DNA from: Candidatus Enterousia sp.
GTDB lineage: Bacteria; Pseudomonadota; Alphaproteobacteria; Rs-D84
Assembly (NCBI GenBank): GCA_045648945.1
Contig: JAZROX010000045.1
Span: 26,362-90,361 of the forward strand
Length of the DNA: 64,000 bases
Direction of reading: 5' to 3'
Numbering within the stretch: the first letter of the stretch is position 1; every line of letters starts with the position of its first letter. The notes beneath the pieces are model-generated. The model worked only from the letters and a program-made list of their open reading frames with translations, was not told where the DNA came from and did no database searches. Shown here one piece after another: positions 48,841 to 57,792 of the stretch. The position numbers and the translations under genes are program-made.

Positions 48841-49333
48841 AAAAACGACAAATAGCGCCCAAATACAGACAAGTTATATTTCTCTCTTTTGTGCCGGTTT
48901 TTGTCGCATCAAATTATAATCTGCCATCATCTTAGCAACGGCCCCTGGTAAATCTTTTTTTATTGCATCAACGGTTATGTATGAATTTGCAAAAGATTTT
49001 TCAAACATTTGCTGAACCACATTTGAAAAATGAAAAAAGTTGCTTAATATGCAAAAAAAAGAAATATGCAAAATAAATTAATATTTATGTATGGGAAATT
49101 GTGCAACAGAATTCTATTCCGCCAGTATTCTCAGGATTACGGTATCCTACATAAAAAGCCTGCGGTTCTGCGGGATTTTTCATGCGTTGACTTATGCTTG
49201 GGCGAAAAATGCCCTTTTTTACGCCATAATATTCCGCTTTCTATACCCCCCCATGTTCCGATAGTCAAAAGACAAAACAAGTTGAACTTATGCGCAAAAC
49301 ATTTATAATATAAACCATGTATAAGAAAAAGGA

Positions 49334-50413
49334 TTGGACATGAAACAACTTATAAAACCGCATAAATTAAATCCAGGTGATTTGGTTGCAACTGTGTCTT
49401 TGTCTTCTGCGATGGCTGGCAAAATTCCGGGACGTTATAATTATGCAAAAAAACAATTTGAAGATACATTTGGTGTTAAAATTATTGAAATGCCAAACTC
49501 GTTAAAAACAGACGAATTGTATAACAATCCTCAATTAAGATTAGATGATTTAATGATGGCGATAAAAGCCCCTTCAATCAAAGCGATTCTTACAAACATT
49601 GGGGGAGATGATACTGTGCGTTTATTGCGTCATATGACTGATGAACATTTTGAGATTATTCGTAATAATCCAAAAATATTTTTGGGTATGTCTGATACAA
49701 CAGGTAATCATTTGATGTTTTTTCATGCGGGTGTTTCTTCTTTTTACAGCGCATCTCTTATGTTTGGTTATGGTGAAAATTGTGGTATTCCAAAAATTAT
49801 GGTTGAAAATACCAAAAAGACTTTATTTGATAATTCTCCAATTGGTGAATTGCCACAATCTGATGAATTTATTGTAGAAAAAATTTATTGGGATGATAAA
49901 AACGATGTGTTAAGAAAACGAACACACACCGATGGGTGGCATTTTATCCAAGGAAATAAACCTGTTCGTGGACGGTTGCTGGGCGGATGTATGGAATTAC
50001 TGGCAATGACAAACGGAACAAAAATATGGCCAAAAATGGACGATTGGGATGGTGCTATTTTGTTTGTTGAAAATAGTGAAATAAGAGCAATCCCAGAACA
50101 ATTTGGCGATTTTTTGCACAATATTGCAGCGATGGGAATACTGGAAAATTTGTCTGGTATATTATTTGGACGCCCAGGTGGTGAATTTTCAGCAGGTAAA
50201 GAATCCGAACAAGATAAGTGGCTGTCTCTTTATCCACAGTTTGAGAAACGCCTTGTTAAGGTATGTGCAGAATACGGTCGCAGCGATATGCCAATTGTTA
50301 CGAATATGGATTTTGGTCATACTGTACCACAAATAATATTACCGTATGGCGCATTAACAGAGATAGACCCAATAAATAAAAAAGTTTCAATATTGGAAAG
50401 TGCAGTATTGTAA
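49334..50413 (+). CDS. S66-family LD-carboxypeptidase (LdcA/MccF-like)
   Basis: 359 aa with a GDLVATVSLSS N-terminus and a Ser-His-Glu triad arrangement (GMSDTTG...H...E) typical of S66. Confidence 0.6.
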   Translation: MDMKQLIKPHKLNPGDLVATVSLSSAMAGKIPGRYNYAKKQFEDTFGVKIIEMPNSLKTDELYNNPQLRLDDLMMAIKAPSIKAILTNIGGDDTVRLLRHMTDEHFEIIRNNPKIFLGMSDTTGNHLMFFHAGVSSFYSASLMFGYGENCGIPKIMVENTKKTLFDNSPIGELPQSDEFIVEKIYWDDKNDVLRKRTHTDGWHFIQGNKPVRGRLLGGCMELLAMTNGTKIWPKMDDWDGAILFVENSEIRAIPEQFGDFLHNIAAMGILENLSGILFGRPGGEFSAGKESEQDKWLSLYPQFEKRLVKVCAEYGRSDMPIVTNMDFGHTVPQIILPYGALTEIDPINKKVSILESAVL

Positions 50414-50564
50414 TATTGCGTATTTAGGTATGGGAAAGTTTGCAACAGAATTTCTCCCCGCCACGAATAGAAAATGTTCGATTAGGCCTTATATTCAACG
50501 GTCAAAAAACTTGCATACAATTTCTATTTCATTATAATCGAAACAAAAATTAAAGGTTCGGCCA

Positions 50565-50876
50565 ATGGTTATGATACACTATAATTCCGATGAATTGATG
50601 AATTTGGTAAAAGTTTTTTCTTATGCCGTTGAAATCATTCGTGATTACACACCACAAAATGCCCGCGAGGTCAGTATTGTGCAGGATTTGCAACGCCTGT
50701 TACAATCCAGAAATTATGACGAGGCGGAAAAAACAATTATGCACGCCAGTGCGGCATTTAAACGCGAATTCGATTATACACCTGTGACGGACGCGGTGGC
50801 ATATTTCAAAGGTGCGGTCCCCACAATAAACGAAAGAAAAATAGCAATGTTTATTCAAAAGATAAAAAGCCGGTAA
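50565..50876 (+). CDS. Hypothetical protein
   Basis: 103-aa ORF. No motif. Confidence 0.35.
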   Translation: MVMIHYNSDELMNLVKVFSYAVEIIRDYTPQNAREVSIVQDLQRLLQSRNYDEAEKTIMHASAAFKREFDYTPVTDAVAYFKGAVPTINERKIAMFIQKIKSR

Positions 50877-51094
50877 CAAATGGCGGTTTTAAACGCGGGA
50901 CATTTGTTGCGGTACAACGCCAACTTTTCGGTGCCTATTGACTTTTAAATAAAATGTCCTATAATTAAAGGCATGAAAACAGAAATTGCATTTTGTTCGT
51001 TCACTTGGTGGCTGTAGTCACAGCCAGTATTTTTCACACCCATTATATTTTTTAACTTCATTTAGTTTAATCAATTAAACCAAGGATTTTTATT

Positions 51095-52093
51095 ATGAAA
51101 AACAATGAACAAAAAGTTATGTTAACCGGTGTGCGCCCAAGTGGGAACCTGACATTGGGCAACTATCTGGGCGCCATCAAAAATTTTGTAACGCGCCAGA
51201 GCCAGTACAAAAGTTATATCTTTGTGGCGGACCTGCACGCGATAACATCGCCACGCGACCCGGCGGAATTACGGACCGCGGTCAATGACTGTATAGCCAT
51301 GTATTTGGCATGTGGTGTCGACCCAGAACAAACAACCGTCTTTCGTCAAAGCGATGTTCTGGAACATGGCATTATGGGCTTTATAATGACATTCCAGACG
51401 CACATGGGCGAATTGTTACGTATGACCCAGTTTAAGTTAAAATCGCAAAACACGGGCAAAAACGGCATTGATACGGGGCTGTTTGTGTACCCGCCATTGA
51501 TGTCTGCCGATATCTTGCTGTATAACACAGATATTGTGCCGGTGGGCCTGGACCAGCAACAGCATGTAGAACTAACGCGCGATTTGGCGCAAAGGTTTAA
51601 CAAACGATATGGCGATACGTTTAATGAACCCGATGTCTATATTGCGCCCGTTGGAAACAAGATATTGAACCTGCAAAACCCGACCGAAAAGATGAATAAA
51701 TCGGACGGGCCGAACCCGGGGACGATATTCTTGATGGACGATTTGAAATTGGTTCGTAAAAAGATAATGTCTGCGGTCACAGACAGTGAATCTGTGGTGC
51801 GATTTGATGAAGAAAATAAACCCGGAATTTCGAATCTGATAAGCATTTTGGCCGCAACGACCGGCGAAAGTATCGAAAGTATCGAGAAACGCTTTGCGGA
51901 CCGTGGATATGGCGATTTTAAGCGTGCGGTTGCCGATGCGGTTTGTGATTTGATTGGAAATATTCAATCAAAATATCAGCAATTCAAGAATCCGGATGTG
52001 TTAAATGCGATTTTTGCCGCGGGCGCCGAACGTGCACGCACCGTTGCATCGGAAACTTTGAACCGTGCCAAGGTCGCATTGGGGTTGAAATAA
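51095..52093 (+). CDS. trpS: Tryptophanyl-tRNA synthetase
   Basis: HIGH-like TGVRPSGNLTLGNY and KMSKS-like KMNKSD motifs. 332 aa. Confidence 0.9.
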   Translation: MKNNEQKVMLTGVRPSGNLTLGNYLGAIKNFVTRQSQYKSYIFVADLHAITSPRDPAELRTAVNDCIAMYLACGVDPEQTTVFRQSDVLEHGIMGFIMTFQTHMGELLRMTQFKLKSQNTGKNGIDTGLFVYPPLMSADILLYNTDIVPVGLDQQQHVELTRDLAQRFNKRYGDTFNEPDVYIAPVGNKILNLQNPTEKMNKSDGPNPGTIFLMDDLKLVRKKIMSAVTDSESVVRFDEENKPGISNLISILAATTGESIESIEKRFADRGYGDFKRAVADAVCDLIGNIQSKYQQFKNPDVLNAIFAAGAERARTVASETLNRAKVALGLK

Positions 52094-52159
52094 TTATATT
52101 TAACTTAACGTGCCACAACAAAAAACGCCCAACCGGGCGTTTTGTTGTTTATGACATCT

Positions 52160-52984
52160 TTACCGTTTCAAGATTTTATTATTTTTGGCCAACAGGGCAT
52201 TCAGGCTGTCATACGCCCTATCAAAATCGGTAAGATTTTTTTCAATAATAGAATCATTTATACTAATATCGGCATTTAATTCCGCTATCTTGTTTTTGTT
52301 TTTCGTATATTCCGGTTTAATCCGTGCAACTTCGCGGATTTTAAAGTTCGGTTCGGTTTTTTCTTCGTCGGCAAAGACCATATCAATATCACGTAAATAC
52401 GCTTCAAATGTTTTCTGTTGATGCGGGTCGTTGAACATATACAGGTACCCCGCATCGATAATCATATCCATAGCCGCGAACTTTTCCGCCGGTATATCTA
52501 ATATACGTATAACACGTTCAAACGTGGGAATTGTTGTCCCGGGTTTTATAGGTGTATATTGCTTGATAAAATTCCATTCCGGGTCGGATTTGTCCATCTG
52601 GGCCACGTACGGCATAACAATTTTGTTCAATTCCGCAATACCGGTGGCACCAAAGAAAGCACCAATCGGGTAACGGGTGTCTATGCGTGAAAAATATTTT
52701 TGTTGTGCACCCAAGAATATATCATTATTGCGGTTTTCCAAAGAATCCACGGTTTTCTTGAGCCTGTGATTTTTGTCGAATTCGGGCGCCTTGATCATAT
52801 ACGTGAATTTCGCGTCTTTATTTTTGCGAATTTCACCGTTCAGGTGCGCAATCTCGTGCCGTGCCTTTTTGCGTTCAAAATAATGCGTAAAGACGAACCC
52901 ACCTAAACCCAAAACCGCGATAATAGCGACGCACAGTGCAATATTGCTTGAATTTCCGGATTTTTGATTATTTTCTTTGTTCAT
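52160..52984 (-). CDS. Hypothetical membrane-anchored protein
   Basis: Starts at internal ATG (MNKENNQ...) followed by a TM helix IALCVAIIAVLGLGGFVF. Terminator hairpins flank the gene (52124-52150 and 53044-53076). Confidence 0.45.
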   Translation of the reverse strand: MNKENNQKSGNSSNIALCVAIIAVLGLGGFVFTHYFERKKARHEIAHLNGEIRKNKDAKFTYMIKAPEFDKNHRLKKTVDSLENRNNDIFLGAQQKYFSRIDTRYPIGAFFGATGIAELNKIVMPYVAQMDKSDPEWNFIKQYTPIKPGTTIPTFERVIRILDIPAEKFAAMDMIIDAGYLYMFNDPHQQKTFEAYLRDIDMVFADEEKTEPNFKIREVARIKPEYTKNKNKIAELNADISINDSIIEKNLTDFDRAYDSLNALLAKNNKILKR

Positions 52985-53092
52985 ATTCTTGGTCCTTTTG
53001 TAATTCTCTACACTTTTATAGCACAAAAAAGCGAAATGGCAACAAAAAAACCACGAAAACGTGTTTCGTGGTTTTTCAGGCATGAAAATCTA

Positions 53093-54091
53093 TTATATCA
53101 GTTTGCCCATCGCGACGGCGGTATCGCTCATGCGGTTTGAAAAACCCCATTCATTGTCATACCACGCGGTCACGTGCAGCAATTTATCATCCAGCACGCG
53201 CGTCTGGGTTGCGTCGAATATTGAACTGTGCGCGTCGTGCGTAAAGTCAACCGACACCAATGGCAATTCGTTATACCCGAACGTGTTCGACACATTTGCG
53301 CGCATCGCATCGTTCACGGCATCCACGGTCGCAGATTTTTTCAGGTTCACAACCAATTCCACCACCGACACATCCGGCGTAGGCACGCGAATCGCAATCC
53401 CATCCAATTTCCCGGCAAGTTTCGGTAACACCAAACCGATGGCCTTGGCGGCGCCGGTACTGGTCGGAATCATAGACAGTGCGGCGGCACGTGCGCGGCG
53501 AAAATCTTTGTGGTTTTTATCCAACAATTGTTGGTCGCCGGTATAGGCATGCACGGTCGTCATCCATCCCGATTCTATGCCGAATTTTTTATCCAACACG
53601 GCGGCGACGGGCGCAAGGCAATTCGTGGTGCACGATGCATTCGACACAATAATGTCATCCGCGGTCAAAGTGTCCTGGTTAACACCAAACACAATCGTTT
53701 TGTCGGCCCCCGCGGATGGCGCAGAAACCAAAACCCGCTTTGCGCCGGCGTCGATATGCACGCGCGCCTTGTCCGCCGCGGTGAACAGCCCCGTGCATTC
53801 CATAACCACGTCAATGCCCATCTCTTTCCATGGCAATTTAGTCGGATCTTTTTCCGAAACGCATTTAATTTTATGTTTGCCGACGATGATAGTATCACCA
53901 TCCAATTTCACATCCATCGGCAATTTGCCGTGCACAGAATCATATTGTAACAGATACGCATTCTGTTCCGCCGGCGCCAAGTCATTGACGGCGACGAATT
54001 CGATATCATCACGTCCCGATTCCAACGCCGCGCGCAGAACCAACCGACCGATACGGCCGAAACCATTTATTGCAACTTTTACTTTTGACAT
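53093..54091 (-). CDS. gap: Glyceraldehyde-3-phosphate dehydrogenase
   Basis: INGFGRIGR NAD-binding motif and active-site SCTTNCLAP. 332 aa. Confidence 0.9.
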   Translation of the reverse strand: MSKVKVAINGFGRIGRLVLRAALESGRDDIEFVAVNDLAPAEQNAYLLQYDSVHGKLPMDVKLDGDTIIVGKHKIKCVSEKDPTKLPWKEMGIDVVMECTGLFTAADKARVHIDAGAKRVLVSAPSAGADKTIVFGVNQDTLTADDIIVSNASCTTNCLAPVAAVLDKKFGIESGWMTTVHAYTGDQQLLDKNHKDFRRARAAALSMIPTSTGAAKAIGLVLPKLAGKLDGIAIRVPTPDVSVVELVVNLKKSATVDAVNDAMRANVSNTFGYNELPLVSVDFTHDAHSSIFDATQTRVLDDKLLHVTAWYDNEWGFSNRMSDTAVAMGKLI

Positions 54092-54288
54092 ATTTACCTT
54101 CCTTTTGTTTACGTTCGCCGTATCATAGCACCATTTTTTTAAAAATCCAATGCGAATTTTTACATTGGGTCGGTCCGAACGTAATGCGTCATCCTGGCAC
54201 AGGCCGGGACTAGATGCCGCGGGGTGGGGGGGTGTATGGAATTATTCTTCAAACATGGCACAAACAAAATGGGCCGCCGCAACGTTTT

Positions 54289-55140
54289 TTAATTTACACT
54301 TGGTATAAAATTATTCGGATTATAATAAGGAAAGAAAGTTGTATATGTGGTCACGCCGTCTTCGACAAACATTGGCGCAAAACTAAATCCACTCATATCA
54401 GTATTTGCATCAATGTAAATACGGACATATTTGACAATATAACCCGTTTGGTTGACATAAGTAAAAGTTTGTCGGTTTTCCTTTGTAAAACGCCAACAAT
54501 CAATAAAACCTTTATTTGGGGTAAGCCATGCGAGCGAAACCGTATTCCCGAACCCTCGGCCGCAATTGCCGTCACTAAACCTTTTGTTGTTCCACAAATA
54601 CATCCCGCCCCTACCGCCATAATACACAGATGTTGGAAACTGGTAATCTCTGGTCAATTCAAATTCAAAATAAGTATCTGCGGTGGCAACACCATTGAAC
54701 GAATACATCCCGTTATTTACCGTAACCGTGACACCATTAAGTGTTTTAGTTTGGTTTTCTGGTGCGGGCAGTCGATTTGGACTCGCACTGCGTATTTGTA
54801 CCAGCCAACAATCCGTCGAATCGTTTGGATTCCATGCAATACATTCAAATTCAGTGTCTATGGCGTTTTGCACGGCGGTGTTAAAGTCCCCGGCCGTCAC
54901 CAATGCGTCTGTTTGTGCGGAATACGATGCGTTCGAATCATAAATGTTTTTTGTGCCAACCGCACCGGGTGTTCCGGTGTTTGTCAGTACCTGGGGCGCG
55001 CCATTGTTTGCCGGAATTATGTTTTGTTTTTGTGCCACGCCCGCATCAACAAAGGCCTTGGATGTTGCGACATTTTCACCCGTCGCAAATGCCGCACCAC
55101 ACATTACCGAACAAACAAAAAATGTTAAAAGTTTTCTCAT
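54289..55140 (-). CDS. Secreted paralog-family protein B
   Basis: N-module ~80% identical to protein A (GENVATSKAFVDAGVAQKQNIIPANNGAPQVLTNTGTPGAVGTKNIYDS...CIAWNPNDSTDCWLV) with a divergent C-terminal domain. 283 aa. Confidence 0.6.
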   Translation of the reverse strand: MRKLLTFFVCSVMCGAAFATGENVATSKAFVDAGVAQKQNIIPANNGAPQVLTNTGTPGAVGTKNIYDSNASYSAQTDALVTAGDFNTAVQNAIDTEFECIAWNPNDSTDCWLVQIRSASPNRLPAPENQTKTLNGVTVTVNNGMYSFNGVATADTYFEFELTRDYQFPTSVYYGGRGGMYLWNNKRFSDGNCGRGFGNTVSLAWLTPNKGFIDCWRFTKENRQTFTYVNQTGYIVKYVRIYIDANTDMSGFSFAPMFVEDGVTTYTTFFPYYNPNNFIPSVN

Positions 55141-55469
55141 AATCCCGCCTCCTTGGTGATAATCAAAAAAACCACTGAAGCAACAGTGGTTGGAGGTTCA
55201 AGACAATTTATGTGCAAATTGTGTGCTTATTTTATCGGGAAGCCCGATATTATTCACAACCCTCCAACCCAACGGTTGGAGATTTTTACGTCATAAAGAC
55301 GGCACATAAACACGGGTCTTGACACCCCACCGATGGAACACCCATCGACGTATGAAATTTACCAAGATTTCAAATTTGTTGCAAGACTTATTTGCGCGTT
55401 CGTGAAATTAATTTTGGAATTTTTGCGCGGGACCTTGAATTTGCGGGTTTTGCCGGTTATAATTGCGTT

Positions 55470-56354
55470 ATGAATAAACATGATTCTTATATTATTACTG
55501 GTCCGACCGCGTCGGGAAAATCAGATTTCGCACATGCATTGGCGCGGCGCGTCCATGGTGCAATCATAAATTGCGACAGCGTGCAAATCTATCGCGGCAT
55601 AGAAAATATTTCTGCCTCACCCTTTGCCGGTCGCGCGATTGCCGATGAAATAGACGGCGTGCCGTATCGGCTTTTTTCTGTTTTAACTTTAGATAAACAA
55701 ATCAGTGTCGCGGACTATATCAAAATGGCGCGCGAACAATACGATGATGTCGTCGCGCACGGCTATGTTCCGATTTTTGTCGGCGGAACGGGGTACTATA
55801 TAAATGGAATTATAAATGGTATTTCGGACATACCAAATGTGTCGGATGAAAACCGCCGCCGCGCACGCGAATTGGTCGCACGCGATATGGCCATCGCACG
55901 TGCAATGGTTCCAAACTGCACGGCGACCGACCCGCAACGCGTTGCCCGCGCGGTCGAGGTTTTCTTAGGCACCGGCGTCCACCTGAACGAATGGCAGAAA
56001 ACACCGCGCGCGGGTGCGATTTTGCCTACGCCGTTCAGAATTCTGATAAATCCGCCAATTGATGAACTGCGTGCGCGAATCGCCGCGCGTATTCCGAAAA
56101 TGATAACCGGTGGTGCCATGGCCGAGGCCGAATATATTATAAAAAACAACCTGAGCCCGAATCGCGCAATCGGTGCAGAACAAATGTGCGCGTATCTGGG
56201 TGGTGAAATTACGCGCGATGCGGCGGTGGAAAATTGGACGATTAAGACAAATCAATATGCAAAACGGCAAAGAACGTGGTTCAAAACACAATTCTTTGCC
56301 GATTTAGTCATCAATCATATTCCGAATGCGGAAGATTTGAATTTGATTATTTAG
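55470..56354 (+). CDS. miaA: tRNA dimethylallyltransferase
   Basis: P-loop ITGPTASGKS and a conserved DSVQIYRG motif. ATG at 55470. Confidence 0.85.
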   Translation: MNKHDSYIITGPTASGKSDFAHALARRVHGAIINCDSVQIYRGIENISASPFAGRAIADEIDGVPYRLFSVLTLDKQISVADYIKMAREQYDDVVAHGYVPIFVGGTGYYINGIINGISDIPNVSDENRRRARELVARDMAIARAMVPNCTATDPQRVARAVEVFLGTGVHLNEWQKTPRAGAILPTPFRILINPPIDELRARIAARIPKMITGGAMAEAEYIIKNNLSPNRAIGAEQMCAYLGGEITRDAAVENWTIKTNQYAKRQRTWFKTQFFADLVINHIPNAEDLNLII

Positions 56355-56937
56355 TATGCTCTTTCAAAACATTCATAAGGTCCGTATTACGGTTCCGGCG
56401 ATATGTCGTAAAGTCGGGATATGTAAACCGTACCACCGTTTTATCGCGCAGGGTGATTTCTTGGATAATTGTGTCGCCCTGTCTTAATATAACCTTGGTG
56501 TACAGAGGTTGGGTTTCCGGGGCACGTGGCGCCGGTTTTGGTTTTTTGACCGGTTTTTGTTCTTTTTTTGTGGCCCTTGCGGATTCAATCCATGTTAAAA
56601 ACCGGTTGTTCAGGTCCGTATACGCACGATCTGTGCGCGCCCGCATATTGGTGTTGTCTGCATATTTCGGCGATTTCGACACATATACCGATAAATAATC
56701 TGCCATGAAATTCGCCAAGGCCCGACGGAATTTCATATCGCACGATTTATCAATTAATGACAAAAATATCAAAGATTTTTTGATAATTTCTTTTTCAATT
56801 TGTTCGGTGTATGCGCGTTGTGTGCGCCATGTTTGCTTGGTTTGTTCAAATGTCTTGAACGAAGAATGGTTTTCATACATGTGTTGCGAAATATAGTTTT
56901 CAAAATCGCGTTGTGTTTGCGTTATTTGCGGTTCCAT
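56347..56937 (-). CDS. Hypothetical protein
   Basis: 196-aa ORF with a basic Pro-rich segment KKEQKPVKKPKPAPRAPE. Confidence 0.4.
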   Translation of the reverse strand: MEPQITQTQRDFENYISQHMYENHSSFKTFEQTKQTWRTQRAYTEQIEKEIIKKSLIFLSLIDKSCDMKFRRALANFMADYLSVYVSKSPKYADNTNMRARTDRAYTDLNNRFLTWIESARATKKEQKPVKKPKPAPRAPETQPLYTKVILRQGDTIIQEITLRDKTVVRFTYPDFTTYRRNRNTDLMNVLKEHTK

Positions 56938-56979
56938 AATATCACCCTTTGGTTGTTTTTATGGAACGATTATAATACG

Positions 56980-57726
56980 TTATTTTGTTTTGTCAAGCCG
57001 TGAGTCCCGCAATCTGTAATATTCACAAATCGCTTCGGGCGCAATGTCGGTCATACGCATTTTGCGGCGAACGCGGAAAATTCCAAAAAATTCCCGCTTT
57101 AACGGCCCGAATCCGGCGTATTCCCAATCTATGATGCCCGTGATTTTCATCTGTTTTGGGTCGACCAAGATGTTGCTGCACATGTCGCCGTGAACCATGC
57201 CTATGTTGCGGCCGCCCCGGCCGGTTGGTCGCATATCGTTTAATTCCGGCAATTCTGCATGAAACAGAGTGTATATGATTTGCCCCAATTCTTGGCCGAT
57301 TTCTGCGCGATGCGCCCGAATTTTTCTAAGTGGTAAATCCATCAAAATTTTCCCCGTAATAAAGTCGGATTCATACACTGTGTATGCACTAACGGTGTGG
57401 ATTTTTATTTTCGGCACGCGTATGGGCAATATCGGCGCAACCGCGTCTGTTATACGTTTTTCGCGGGCAAATCTGATATTGGAATCATCGCGCATGTGAA
57501 ATTTTCGAATTTTATAAACGCGGCCCGATGTGGTTATAAACGCCAAGCATCCGCCGCCTTTGGCAAGGCGAAAATGTCGCCAGTCTTCATTTGGAAATGC
57601 GTTTCGCAGCGCCGTCAATTTCGCATGATAATCAAACAATTTTTCGCGCCGGAACCATTGCCGGGCGCGCCGTGTCGGAATAAAGTATGCCAGGATATAA
57701 AGCGTATTAAAAAATGTTCGCCACAT
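56980..57726 (-). CDS. Aminoglycoside phosphotransferase / protein-kinase-like fold protein
   Basis: Brenner motif HGDMCSNILVD and downstream IDWEYAGFG (APH-like). 248 aa. Confidence 0.6.
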   Translation of the reverse strand: MWRTFFNTLYILAYFIPTRRARQWFRREKLFDYHAKLTALRNAFPNEDWRHFRLAKGGGCLAFITTSGRVYKIRKFHMRDDSNIRFAREKRITDAVAPILPIRVPKIKIHTVSAYTVYESDFITGKILMDLPLRKIRAHRAEIGQELGQIIYTLFHAELPELNDMRPTGRGGRNIGMVHGDMCSNILVDPKQMKITGIIDWEYAGFGPLKREFFGIFRVRRKMRMTDIAPEAICEYYRLRDSRLDKTK

Positions 57727-57792
57727 AGATTATCTTTTGTTTGGTAAAATAATACTGTTGAAACATTGAAAAAAAATAGGTATTTTATCCAT

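Noticed and set aside
54214-55128. 304-aa plus-strand ORF
   Set aside because: Antisense shadow of paralog-family gene B (54289-55140), which has a signal peptide and a conserved family module.
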